Source of the DNA: Salpingoeca rosetta
Lineage: Eukaryota; Protista; Choanoflagellata
Direction of reading: 5' to 3'
DNA length: 27,027 bases
Assembly (NCBI GenBank): GCA_033442325.1
Contig: JAWQFM010000027.1
Location: 1 to 27,027, forward strand
A program made the position numbers and the translations under genes. Within the stretch, counting starts at the first letter, position 1. Each line of letters opens with the position of its first letter. Below, in pieces: positions 1 to 10,656 of this stretch. The notes beneath the pieces are model-generated. The model saw only the letters and a program-made list of their open reading frames with translations, ran no database searches and was not told the origin of the DNA.

Positions 1-24
1 GTGTGTGTGTGTGTGTGTGCGTGC

Positions 25-97
<73 letters not shown>

Positions 98-180
98 ATG
101 GCTGCTGCGTGGATGCTGACCTCAAGCCCTCACTGAACATTCATGGCTGACACTCTGTGCCGCTTTGTTTCTCTGTGTAG

Positions 181-1647
181 TACTACGCGCATCTTTCCCA
201 GCAGCAGAACATGATGGGGGTACGAACTCCAATCCATTCTGTCTCGCGTGTGTGTGTGTGTGTGTGTGTGTGTTTGCAAGTGTGTGTGTGTGTGTGTGTT
301 GTATGTGAGTGCCTGAAAGCGTGTCTCTTGACAATGCCCACCATGCATAACGTGTGTTGGCGAACTCACTCTGCACAGGACTTTGTAAGGACGTCCACAT
401 ATCGGGACGCCATGCTCAAGAACCACGCCGACTTCAAGGACAAGGTGCACTGGAACTCCACTGCGTGTGCAGTGCGACATGCCATCCCACAGGCCTTTGG
501 TTCACACCGAAAACACACACACACACACATACACATTTGCACACACACGCACACACACGCGCGCGCACCTCCTCACATCACGCGCGTGGTGTGCAGGTTG
601 TGCTTGATGTGGGCGCCGGCAGCGGTCTGCTGTCGTTCTTCGCAGCACAGGCGGGAGCACGCAAGGTGCGCTGGTGGTGAAGACGGCCGGAGTTGATGAT
701 GCGTCATTCGTGACGGTAACGTTTGGTGTGCGAGTGGTATCTGTGCAGCGTGTGCCTCAGCCAACACACCCACTGCCTCTGTCACATTCATCTGCTCCAT
801 ACATCCTCCTGCACTTCGAACGCACTGATTCACTCGCCACTCCCCCCCCCTCCCTCGATTGCAGGTGTATGCGGTGGAAGGGAGCCACATGGCGGAGTGT
901 GCGCGCGCGCTCGTCAAGGGGAACAACCTCGAACACGTCATCACCGTCCTGCAGTGCAAAGTCGAAGACGTACGTCCACCTGGTGCCATCGTGGAGATGT
1001 GTGTGTGTGTGTGTGCGTGCGTATGCATGTGTGTGTGTGTGTGCGTGCGTATGCATGTGTGTGCATGTGTGAGTGTGCGTGCGTGCGTATACATGTGTGT
1101 GCATGTGTGTGAGTGTGTGTGTCGGAGTGTGTGTGTCGGAAACGTGTAGGATGCGTTTACTTTCGTACTGCAAGCGCCCCCCCCCGTCCTTATTCCTCTC
1201 TTCACGTTCCTGCCCCACCCATTCCCAATCCCTTGTCCCTCCCTGTCCTTCTCGTCCATCCCCCTCCCCCGAAACAGGCGGACCTGCCGGAGCCTGTGGA
1301 TGTCATCATCTCTGAACCCCTGGGAATCATGCTCGTCAACGAGCGCATGCTCGAGAGCTACGTTCACGCCCGCAAGTGGTGCGTACGTGTGATTGTGTGT
1401 GTGTGTGTGTGATTATGTGTGCGTGAGTGGGTGAGTGGGTGAGTGAGTGGGTGTGTGTTTCAATGTGCAATCATGATGTATGACAGCCTTGCATCAGCCA
1501 CGAGTCTGACACGTTATGTCTGACGCATCTGCGTGTGCGTATGTGTGCGCATGTAGGCTGAAACCCGGCGGCAAGATGTTCCCGACCAACTCCACGCTGT
1601 TCATCTGCCCGTTTTCCGACGCCAACGTCTTCCTCGAGGTGCAATGT

Positions 1648-1683
<36 letters not shown>

Positions 1684-3035
1684 CACACGCACACACGTAC
1701 GTTCACGACAACCACATCACATCCCTTCCCGCGTGCTCATCACCACCATCTCACCACCACCACCACCTCCACTTGCATGCGAGCAGACGCAGCAGAAGGC
1801 GCAGTTTTGGCAGACGAAGCAGTTCCACGGGATTGACCTGACGCCGCTGCACGCCGCCGCCCTCGACGAGTACCTCAGCCAGCCGTGCGTCGAGCAGGTG
1901 AGCAACACACATGAGGTGGAGTGCTGGTGGAGCAGTTGCGTTGGGTTGGCGGGACGAGGGAGGCGGTGGAAGGCGGAGAAGAGAATAGTAATTACGCGGA
2001 GGGTGAGCGAGTGTCAGTGGTGAAGGAGAAGACATCATCATCAATTCGCTCTCTCGCTCACACACACACACACACCATACAAACGCACGCACCATACCAT
2101 ACAAACGCACGTGTTCCCTGGTGCTGTAGATCAACCCGGAGTGTCTGGTTGGAGCGCCCGTGTACCGCAAGTTCGACTACCTCACCATGGACGCAAAGGA
2201 CTTTTTCGAGGTGACGGCAATGCTCTCATCGTCCCATGATGACAGTGGTAGTGGTGATGGTTGATAGAATTAGTGGCGATGGTGATGGTCCATGCTTCAT
2301 AGAAGGGATTGTGATTGTCTGGTTACGCTGCAATTGGTTGCTCGCAACAGCTGTTCTCGTTTGCGCGTGAATGATACTGACGGGTTTGTACCACCATCAT
2401 CATTGTTGCTGTGCTATTGTTGCAGATCACCATGGAGTTCTCGTACACGTTCCCGCACCCGGTTGAGGTGGGTCGTGATGGCCGTGCCATGATGACGGCT
2501 GTCTCGTATTTGTTTCGCCTTTCGCTGCGCGCGTGTGTTTCGCTCACTGCTTGCCATGTAACTCTCAAACTCAAACGCAAAAACTACACAAAAGCGCATA
2601 CTCACACACTCACACATACACACCCACACGCTCACGCTCACTCACACTCACACTCACTCACACTCACACTCACTCACACTCACACTCACTCACACTCACA
2701 CTCACTCACACTCACACTCCCACTCACACTCACTCACACTCACACTCACACTCACACTCACACACACACACAGATCCACGGGCTTGCGTCGTGGTTTGAC
2801 AACATGTTTGAGGGCACTTCGTTCCAGGTGCCGCTGTCCACGTCTCCGTATGCGCCCCTCACCCACTGGTACCAGGTGCGCTGCCTGTTGCGGGAGAGCG
2901 TGCTTGTGCAGCCGGGCGACACGCTGCGCGGGAAGCTCGCCATGCGCACCAACCGCTTCCAGAGCTACGACGTGCACATTGCCGTGCAGACCTCCACCCA
3001 GCAGTCCGAGGGGCACATCAACCTCAAGGGTGCGT

Positions 3036-3117
<82 letters not shown>

Positions 3118-3488
3118 TTGCACTTGTGCGAACGTGTGGTACTTTTTCGTTGTTGATATTGCGTGCCTTGCTCTTGTCATTCATCCCAGCACTCTTTCGA
3201 AACACCCTCACCCGTCTCGTTCTCCTCATTCTCGCCATCGTTTCCCTTTCCCTTTATCCAACACACACACGCATGCACACACACGTACACACGCGCACAC
3301 GCATACACCATACACATACGCATTTACACACGCACACAGAGCCCAACTTCCGCTTCGGGCAGTTCTCCAGCGTCCCGCACGCGTTCCCCGTCGGCGACGA
3401 TGTGCACGAGCAGCAGGCAGACCAGCACCAGCAGCAGGCGATCAAGGAAGGAGAGGATAGCAGCAAGGCCATGGTCACTGGAGAGTGA
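181..3488 (+). CDS. CARM1: CARM1/PRMT4-like type I protein arginine methyltransferase, 5'-partial, 11 exons
   Basis: GT-AG exons 181-219, 379-444, 597-665, 865-969, 1278-1378, 1557-1638, 1787-1897, 2130-2210, 2426-2467, 2774-3029, 3340-3488 splice in frame (1101 nt including TGA). Product reads [63 protein letters not shown]...[22 protein letters not shown] (double-E loop)...[10 protein letters not shown] (THW loop). SQQQNMM and QSYD are typical of CARM1. Confidence 0.95.
2600..2773. repeat. (CACACT/CACT)n intronic simple repeat running up to a splice acceptor
   Basis: Tandem ctcaca/ctca units ending in cacacacag at 2773. Confidence 0.9.
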
Positions 3489-3867
3489 GATGGGTGGTGT
3501 GATGTCATGTCATGTCGTGTGAATTGCGTTTTGGCAATTGGCATGGGTAATCAACCGTAGCCAGGCAGTTTAGGGCCAGCCAGCTTCGGCGTTGCTTGCA
3601 CTTACAGTAGTTGCGTGTATGGTGTGCATGTGTACGTGTGTGTGTATGTGTGTGTGTGTGTATGTGACACACAATACAAGGTCGTCACATCAGAGCGTGG
3701 TCGCCACAACCAACGAGAACAGCTCCTCCGCCCAACAGCACAAAGTGTAGTAACTGAAGTGTTTTGGTTTCTGTTCGAGAGAGCGGACGGACGGAAACAC
3801 ACACAAACACACTTTCAAACAAGAAGACGCAAGCGACACACACACCAACACACACACCTTGGGCGTG

Positions 3868-4975
3868 ATGCCTCGACGGCGTGAGGATGTGCCGTTGCGA
3901 GGAAAGAAGTCTGGGAGTGGGGAGGGCGGTGTACCTGCGATTCGCAGTCGAGGCAGAGCTGCGACGACATCTGTAGCGGCTACCCTAGCGCAGGCATCCC
4001 CATCCACCTTGAGAAAGGCTGAGAGGTCATCGTCCATGTCCAAGGTGAAGATGACGGGGACATCAACCGGCCCCATATCGGGCTTCATCTGCCCCGCATG
4101 CCCCAACTTGATTAACTTTGAGTCTGAGACACTGTTGCTTCGCCACTGGGAAGCCTGTCATGAACAAGAAGTCTCCAGCATATCCGTACAAGACAACACA
4201 GACACGGTATTGTGTACGCATTGTGCTGTGTGTTGTGTGTGTGTGTGTGTGAGTGCGTGTACGTGTGCTCTGTGTGTGTGTGTGTGTGTTGTGCGTTCGC
4301 TGTACTCTGTGCGCTGTGCGCTCTATGCGTGCCGGTGTATTGTCTTCGCTTCAGCATGTGCTGCGTGTGTTTGATGATGGCGATGATGCTCTTAAATTTT
4401 TTGCGTCAGGCGTGGCGAGAGCACCTGTTCACGGACACCTGCCGCGCTGGCAAGACGTGTCGGTTCTGTGGTCATCGCATTTGGCGCGACGGACTGCAAT
4501 GCAAGAGTGCGTTACACTCTTGTTGTGTGTGCGTGTGTGCGCGCATGCGCTGGATGAGGTCATGCCACAGGTGTTCGTGGTGCCCTGCTGCCGGTGTGCG
4601 CCAACTTACATGTCTTGCATATTTCTGCGCACGCGACACGACCTGCCTTCCAGCCTGTCGCTATGCCTGCCACATCAAATGTGTCACCAAGGTGAGGTGC
4701 CTCGTGCTACGTTTGCGCTATGCATCCACCACCTCGTATTTCCACTTGCCGTAATCATGCATGAGCACGGTGTCGAGGCAGGGAGCACTCATACTGCTCA
4801 TAGGCTGCTTGCCTGGCCGTTCAGCGTTTGGCACGTCCCCTCACTCTGCGTCCTCGCATGCCTGCATGCACACCTGCTTTGTTTGTTTTACGCGCAGGCC
4901 AAGCCCGTGTCCAACTGTCCTGGCTTCTACCAGTCCACCAACCCAATTGTCAAGGGCATTCGCAAAGTCGTCACC

Positions 4976-5067
<92 letters not shown>

Positions 5068-5536
5068 CGCACTGACGGCTTGCTTGCTGATGAGTTGCTT
5101 GCTTGCTGGTGGCTTGCTTGCGTGCTCACTGGTTCGCGCGTTCGCAATGGGGGATGGCAGACGAGAACGGTAGCGAGGTGTTGACAGGGCCAATTGAACA
5201 GTGCGTGCAGGACTCGCAGGAGCTCAACGCCATCAACGCAATGATGAATGCACAGCCACTGCACATTCGCTTTGCCAACAAGAAGCGTGAGTGAGTGTGT
5301 GTGTGTGTGAGTGTGTGTGTGTGTGTGTGGAAGTATCAGGCTGTACATGTGTGCGCTGCGCGCAGGCTTTGCGTCCCGCTCACATGTGTCATGCACGTGT
5401 TGGTGGTGCAGATGCTTCGCTGTTCCTTGCCGCGTGCCCATCCTCCGCATCGCCTTTGTCATCAGAGCCGGCTGGCGAAGACGGAAAGAAGTTTGAGAAG
5501 ACGCGTGACTCCGCCGCCATCAGCGAATACTTCAAG
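3868..5536 (+). CDS. 3'-partial gene: C2H2 zinc finger + C1 (Cys/His-rich, DAG/PE-type) domain; probably the N-terminal part of a CARM1-like gene
   Basis: ATG at 3868. Exons 3868-4206, 4410-4506, 4654-4691, 4898-4977, about 5174-5286 (acceptor chosen on phase) and 5466-5536 are in frame. GFICPACPNLINFESETLLLRHWEACH is a C2H2 finger. HLFTDTCRAGKTCRFCGHRIWRDGLQCKTCRYACHIKCVTKAKPVSNC has C1 ligand spacing. The last exon ends FEKTRDSAAISEYFK before a GT-repeat intron that runs into the gap. Confidence 0.8.
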
Positions 5537-5638
5537 GTGTGCACGTGCGCGCGCGCGTGTGTGTGTGTATGCGTGTGTGTGTGTGTGCGTGTGTGTGTGC
5601 GTGTGCGTGCGTGTGTGTGTGTGTGTGTGCGTGTGTGT

Positions 5639-5699
<61 letters not shown>

Positions 5700-5759
5700 C
5701 GTGTGTGTGTGTGTGTGTGTGTGCGCGTGTGTGTGTGTGTGTGCGTGTGCGTGTGTGTG

Positions 5760-5792
<33 letters not shown>
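5537..5792. repeat. Long interrupted (GT)n intronic microsatellite; other large tracts at about 1-91, 3040-3113, 4978-5066, 7806-7920, 22261-22380
   Basis: Directly visible dinucleotide tracts. Confidence 0.95.
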
Positions 5793-5892
5793 NNNNNNNN
5801 NNNNNNNNNNNNNNNNNNNNNNNNNNNNNNNNNNNNNNNNNNNNNNNNNNNNNNNNNNNNNNNNNNNNNNNNNNNNNNNNNNNNNNNNNNNN
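5793..5892. other. Assembly gap (100 N)
   Basis: N run flanked by (GT)n on the left and (GAT/GAC)n on the right. Confidence 0.99.
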
Positions 5893-5893
5893 T

Positions 5894-6867
5894 GACGACG
5901 ACGATGACGACGATGAAGATGACGATGAAGATGACGATGAGATGACGATGAAGATGACGATGACTCCGCGTTGACGACCCCCTGGCACAAGCGTGGCTTT
6001 GAATGGCATCATCGTGCGTGGCGGCTGGATGCCGCATTTGATGCGCAGCTCCAGTGGAGGCATCCCAACAGCGACGTCTGCACCGCACGACTGCCTCGCC
6101 TCACTGCTCTGTATCGGTGGATTGAAGAGCAGATGGTGCCAGGCATCTCCTTGTCGCGTGTGGAGATTACGAAATCAGCAAGTGTGCTTCAAGGGTTTAA
6201 CTCGCGCGTGCATCGCTCCGCTCGGCGCCGTGGCGATCCCACAGCCGCCCAGCATAACCCGGACTATGGAGCCAACGACCCGGAGAAGCGAGCCATGCTC
6301 GGTCGCTTGAAGTCGCAGTTTGCTCTCACCGCTGACGGCGTCAAGCACGTGAATGTTCTCCTCGGGTGGCACGGATGCGATGAAGCGGTCACAGACAGCG
6401 TGATAGCTTATGGTGCCATCAACTTGAGCAGCCCAAAAGATCGCGGGTACTTTGGCTCCGGCATCTACCTCACCCCGCAAGCTGGCTACGCTGCTGGGTA
6501 TTCCACCGGCCTGCTCAAAACTCAGTGGCGCCCACCAAACGCTAACGGCGAACACGTGCTACTGCTGTGCGCTGCCCATGCGGGCCTTGCGTACCCAATC
6601 ACCCGCAGCAAGGACTACACGGGCAAGGTGCCCAAGCAGCATCCACATGGGCCCGAATTGTGCGACTACTACGGGCAGCCGTTCGACGCATTCCACGACA
6701 CCCACTATGTGCAGGTGTCCCAAGCTACCGATTTCCAGGCCACGCCAAGGCCCGGCCGGTACGACTTTGAGGAGTACGTGCTCTCTCAGGAGATGCAGTG
6801 CCTGCCATTCGCAAAGGTGTTTGTCAAGGTTGACAGGGATGCACTGGACACGTACTTGTTTGGATAA
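5894..6867 (+). CDS. 5'-partial gene ending in a PARP-like (ARTD, H-Y-E) ADP-ribosyltransferase catalytic domain, preceded by a poly-Asp/Glu tract
   Basis: Open frame 5941-6867 contains LLGWHGC, D-R-GYFGSGIYLTPQAGYAAGY and YDFEEYV, matching the PARP HG, GxGIYF..YS and catalytic-Glu motifs. The D/E repeat upstream is out of frame by one missing A at about 5940. Confidence 0.8.
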
Positions 6868-7335
6868 GTGAGGATGCTGGTGCTGCGGTCACGGCTTCCT
6901 TCCCTTCTTCCTATGTTCCTTCTTGCCACTTGTTGTGATTCTGTCGCTGTTCTGCTCGTGCTTCCGTGTTGTTGTGGTGTGGTCGTTGTGTCCTTACGTT
7001 CGTTGTGACATGATGCTGTTGCATTTTCGTCCCTTTCTTGTCTTTGAGGTTTGCCTTGTTCACCTCGCACTTGACCCCTTGAGTTCCCGTTACGTCACAC
7101 CTCCTCCTTGCCGGTGCCACATCCTGTTCCCCTCATCCTCGCTGCGTTTCACTTCTTTTCATTGCGTTGTTTTTGTTTGTTGCATGTCACCTCTTGTTGG
7201 TTCAGTAGTGCTCTGCCTGTGTGTGTGGTTTACTTTCGTTTGGTTACAATCAATACACACGCGAGCGAGAGAAAACCAAGTCTGTTACCACTGACACACG
7301 CGCACGAGCACATTCAAGCAACTCAACTGTTTGCG

Positions 7336-7804
7336 TCAGTGCATGGGTGCGTCGAGTGTGAACGCGACGACTGCTGCGCCCGCCAATACGGATAACAAGT
7401 CTGCCAACCAGAGACAGCGGAACGAATTTGCCAGCCCGCTGCTGTCGTCATCACACAGATCAGGCAGCAGCGACGCCAGCGCAATGTACAGGAACCCGCC
7501 CTGTGGTGCAGTGTGTGTGTGTTTGTGTATGTGCGTGCGTGTGTTTGTGTATGCGTGTTTGTGTACGTGCGTGTGTTTGTGTATGTGTGTGACGAAGAAA
7601 GCATGTCAGCCCGTCGTACTGGTGCGACATCGCAGTACAACCACTTGGAACCCCAAATATGCATCAGCTGCGACCCACCGCTGTGAAGGGCATGATGACG
7701 TGGGATGTCGACGACAGATCCATGTACAGCCCGAGAAACGCGCCCGTCAAACTGATCCCAGCACAAACACACAAGCGGAGGAGAGCGTGAGCAAACAACG
7801 TACG

Positions 7805-7854
<50 letters not shown>

Positions 7855-9177
7855 GACACACACACACAGACACACACACACACACACACAGACACACACG
7901 CACGTAAATACACACACACACGCACCTTGAATGATGCGCAGAAGGCCGCGGATATGGCAGCTCCGTGCATGACGTTATCGAGCCCGTTGACGATGATGTT
8001 AAGGTAGAAGACGGCTCGCCTGTGCACCGCTGCATTCACTGCATTCACCGCATTCCCTGCCCTCGTCTTTTCGGCACTGCCCCCTTTCGTGCTGTTCTTC
8101 GTCATTGTCGCCGCCTTTGTGCCCGCCTTTGTGTGCGTGGAGTGTCTGAGCTGCTCGACGGCCGCCGCCGCCTTCTCCAGGAGGAAGAACGACACGATGC
8201 CGATGAACATGGACGCGCCCGCCGGGGACAGGCGGCCAAACAACAGCTGGTCGTCCATCATGCCGAAGCTCTGGTAGAACGCGCGTGTGTGTGTGTGTGA
8301 ATGGAAATAGTGAGGTCTTCTGTGAGGGCAAGAGCTGGGTGGCCACAATGTGACAGACAGATTGGCCGGGGGGGGGGGGGTGGTTGTCCAGACACACACA
8401 CACACACACACACATACAAAGCAATACCTCCGGAAGGATGTGAAAGCACGTGTTGGCGAGAAGACCGCCGCATGAAGCACCCAACATGAACCGCAACAGC
8501 AACGACGATTGCGCCGTGTGCTCCTTGTACACGTGAAACGGCAGTACCAGCAACGGAAGCACCCCTGCGCGTGCGCGTGTTTGTGTGTGGAGGGGGGGGA
8601 GCGGGTTCAGTGAGTACAACCGCCTCTAACATACACATACACACACACACACATACACACACATACACACACACACACATACACAAGCACACACACACAA
8701 GCACACACAGACTCACTCACCGACGGCGCCGATGCAGCCTGCTGCAAACATGGCGACGGCAAACTGCTCAGACTCAAACACGTCTGCCATGGAGGGCGGC
8801 TTCTCTGTGCACGGGGATCTATGCATGCATGTGCGCACGTGCACGTGTGTTGCAATGATTAGTCAACACAGGATACCTACCAAGGCAGCCACAGTACCAT
8901 GTTGTTGTCATACACATCCACACACACACACACATACATCACGAACCAACCGTTCATCGTTGTTGTTGTTGTCGTTGTCGTAATCAAAACTGCCACGGCC
9001 GTGGATCCCGCTGCCCAACGCCGTTTGCACCGTCAACAAGCTCAGCCCTGCTATCAACACCACCGTCCACGCTGATGCCACTCCCCTCCCCTCCTTCCTC
9101 ATCCTCCTCGTTCGTCTCCCGCTTTGCTTCCGTTGCTCGCTGCAGCAACAACAACCATCGCCATCGCCACCACCCAT
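7336..9177 (-). CDS. SLC39/ZIP metal transporter, LIV-1 group, ZIP13-like; one internal exon absent from the assembly
   Basis: Minus-strand exons 9177-8951 (alternative ATG 9102), 8818-8721, 8564-8428, 8270-7926, 7751-7679, 7500-7336. Motifs: [45 protein letters not shown] (TM4), [21 protein letters not shown]. Confidence 0.88.
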
Positions 9178-9398
9178 TATCGTCGTCGTCTTTGTGCAAT
9201 CGAAGTGCGGAAAATCTGCCAAGATGGCGAAGGACAGCAGGAGCGGCAGTGATGGTGGCAGTGATGGCAAAGGTCTTCTGTTGGTCTTGGTGGTGCAACA
9301 ACCTCCCCTCCATCACCCTCCCCACTCCCCACTCCTCACTGCTTGCTGTTCATTCGTGATATCAGTAGTAGTTGTGTTGTGTTGTTCACTTGTGTTGT

Positions 9399-9863
9399 TT
9401 ACTTGTGCTTCTTCGTGTGCTTGTTCTTGGCAGGAGGAGGGGAGATGATGTGGGTGTAGATGTGCAGGAGGAACATGCAGATGGCAGAGGGGAGCAGGTG
9501 GACATGGGCGTCGTAGATGGTGTCCAGGGCGGCGGAGACGTCGGCCTCAGTGGCAGCGCTGGCGACGGTGGCCATGGCGGGCTTGATCACGCCGGCGAAG
9601 AGGTACATGGCGTAGGAGCCCGGGATGAGGAACAGCGCCTCACGCAGGTCGCGCAGCACAAACAGGCTGTACAGCGTGTCGGCGTAGGTCGTGAGCACGG
9701 CGAGCGGGATGACGAGCGACGCCGGCAGCGGCAGCGTCTGCTGCACGCGGTAGTACGCGGCGGTGGTGGCGGGTTCCGCATGGCGAATCAGATCAAAGTT
9801 GAGGGCCACCGCCGTCACGCCCTGGAGCAAGGCGATGCCAAAGCCCGCAATCGGCGCTCGCAT
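9399..9863 (-). CDS. Small 4-TM ER membrane protein, Shr3-like chaperone (paralog A), intronless, C-terminal KKHK
   Basis: 154-aa frame from ATG 9863 (MRAPIAGF...) with strong GC3 codon bias, four hydrophobic segments and a KKxx ER-retrieval end. Aligns end to end with the neighbouring gene. The Shr3 call rests on remembered motif resemblance only. Confidence 0.8.
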   Translation of the reverse strand: MRAPIAGFGIALLQGVTAVALNFDLIRHAEPATTAAYYRVQQTLPLPASLVIPLAVLTTYADTLYSLFVLRDLREALFLIPGSYAMYLFAGVIKPAMATVASAATEADVSAALDTIYDAHVHLLPSAICMFLLHIYTHIISPPPAKNKHTKKHK

Positions 9864-10124
9864 CGTTGAGTGTGAAGAAGAACAAAAGAAGAACAAAAGA
9901 AGAACAAGAAGAACAAGAAGACACGCCGGTAGCCAGGGCGGGTGCTTGTCGAGACAACGCCAGTTGTGTTGTGTTGTGTTGTGTTGTGTTGTGAATGCGA
10001 CGACGCCGAGCACGACGACAATGCAGCAGAAATGTCAGCGCGCGCCAACCAACCAATCAGTTGTGGTAGGAAATTCTTGCACCTCCCTTGTCTCCCATCT
10101 CGTTCCTCGTTCACAGCCGGTCGT

Positions 10125-10613
10125 TTACTTGTGCTTCTTCTTGTGCTTCGAACTGGCAGAAGAAGAGGAAGAGGAGGAAGGAGGGGAGATCATGTGGGTG
10201 TAGACGGTGCAGAGGAGCATGGCAGCAACGGTGGGGCACATGTAGAGGTGGGCGTCGCGGATGGCCTCCAGCTGTGGGATGTACTCGTCCACGTCGTCCA
10301 GGCTGGCGCCAGACATGGTCTCCATGGAGGGCTTCACAATGCCGATGAAGAGATAGAGGACGTACGAGCCGAGCACGAGGAAGAGCAGCTCGCGCGCGTC
10401 GCGGACCACAAGCAGGCTGTACAGGGTGTCGAGGAGGGCGACGAGAATCGCCGCGGGGATGATCAGGGACGCCGGCGGTGGGGTGTGGTGCTGCACGTGG
10501 TAGTATGTCATGCTCTTGGCGGGCTCCGTGTTTGCCAGTGCGTCAAAGTTCAAGTCCACGGCAATGTAGCCCATGGCCAGCATCAGGGCCAGCGCGCCGA
10601 ACGGCAGCCTCAT
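10125..10613 (-). CDS. Small 4-TM ER membrane protein, Shr3-like chaperone (paralog B), intronless, C-terminal KKHK
   Basis: 162-aa frame from ATG 10613 (MRLPFGAL...). Shares LNFD, YYxVQ, PASLxIP, DTLYSL, GSYxxYLFxGxxKP, IxDAH, YTHxISPP and KKHK with paralog A. Confidence 0.8.
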   Translation of the reverse strand: MRLPFGALALMLAMGYIAVDLNFDALANTEPAKSMTYYHVQHHTPPPASLIIPAAILVALLDTLYSLLVVRDARELLFLVLGSYVLYLFIGIVKPSMETMSGASLDDVDEYIPQLEAIRDAHLYMCPTVAAMLLCTVYTHMISPPSSSSSSSASSKHKKKHK

Positions 10614-10624
10614 CCTCCTTGTTG

Positions 10625-10656
<32 letters not shown>

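Noticed and set aside
3868-5536. Rabenosyn-5 or EEA1 ortholog
   Set aside because: Only the C2H2 finger resembles them. No FYVE motif or coiled coil is visible, and the second Cys-rich domain has C1 spacing.
5291-6867. Fusion of the C2H2-C1 gene with the PARP-like domain across the gap
   Set aside because: The gap length is unknown, and the last exon before the gap matches the CARM1 pre-catalytic helix better.
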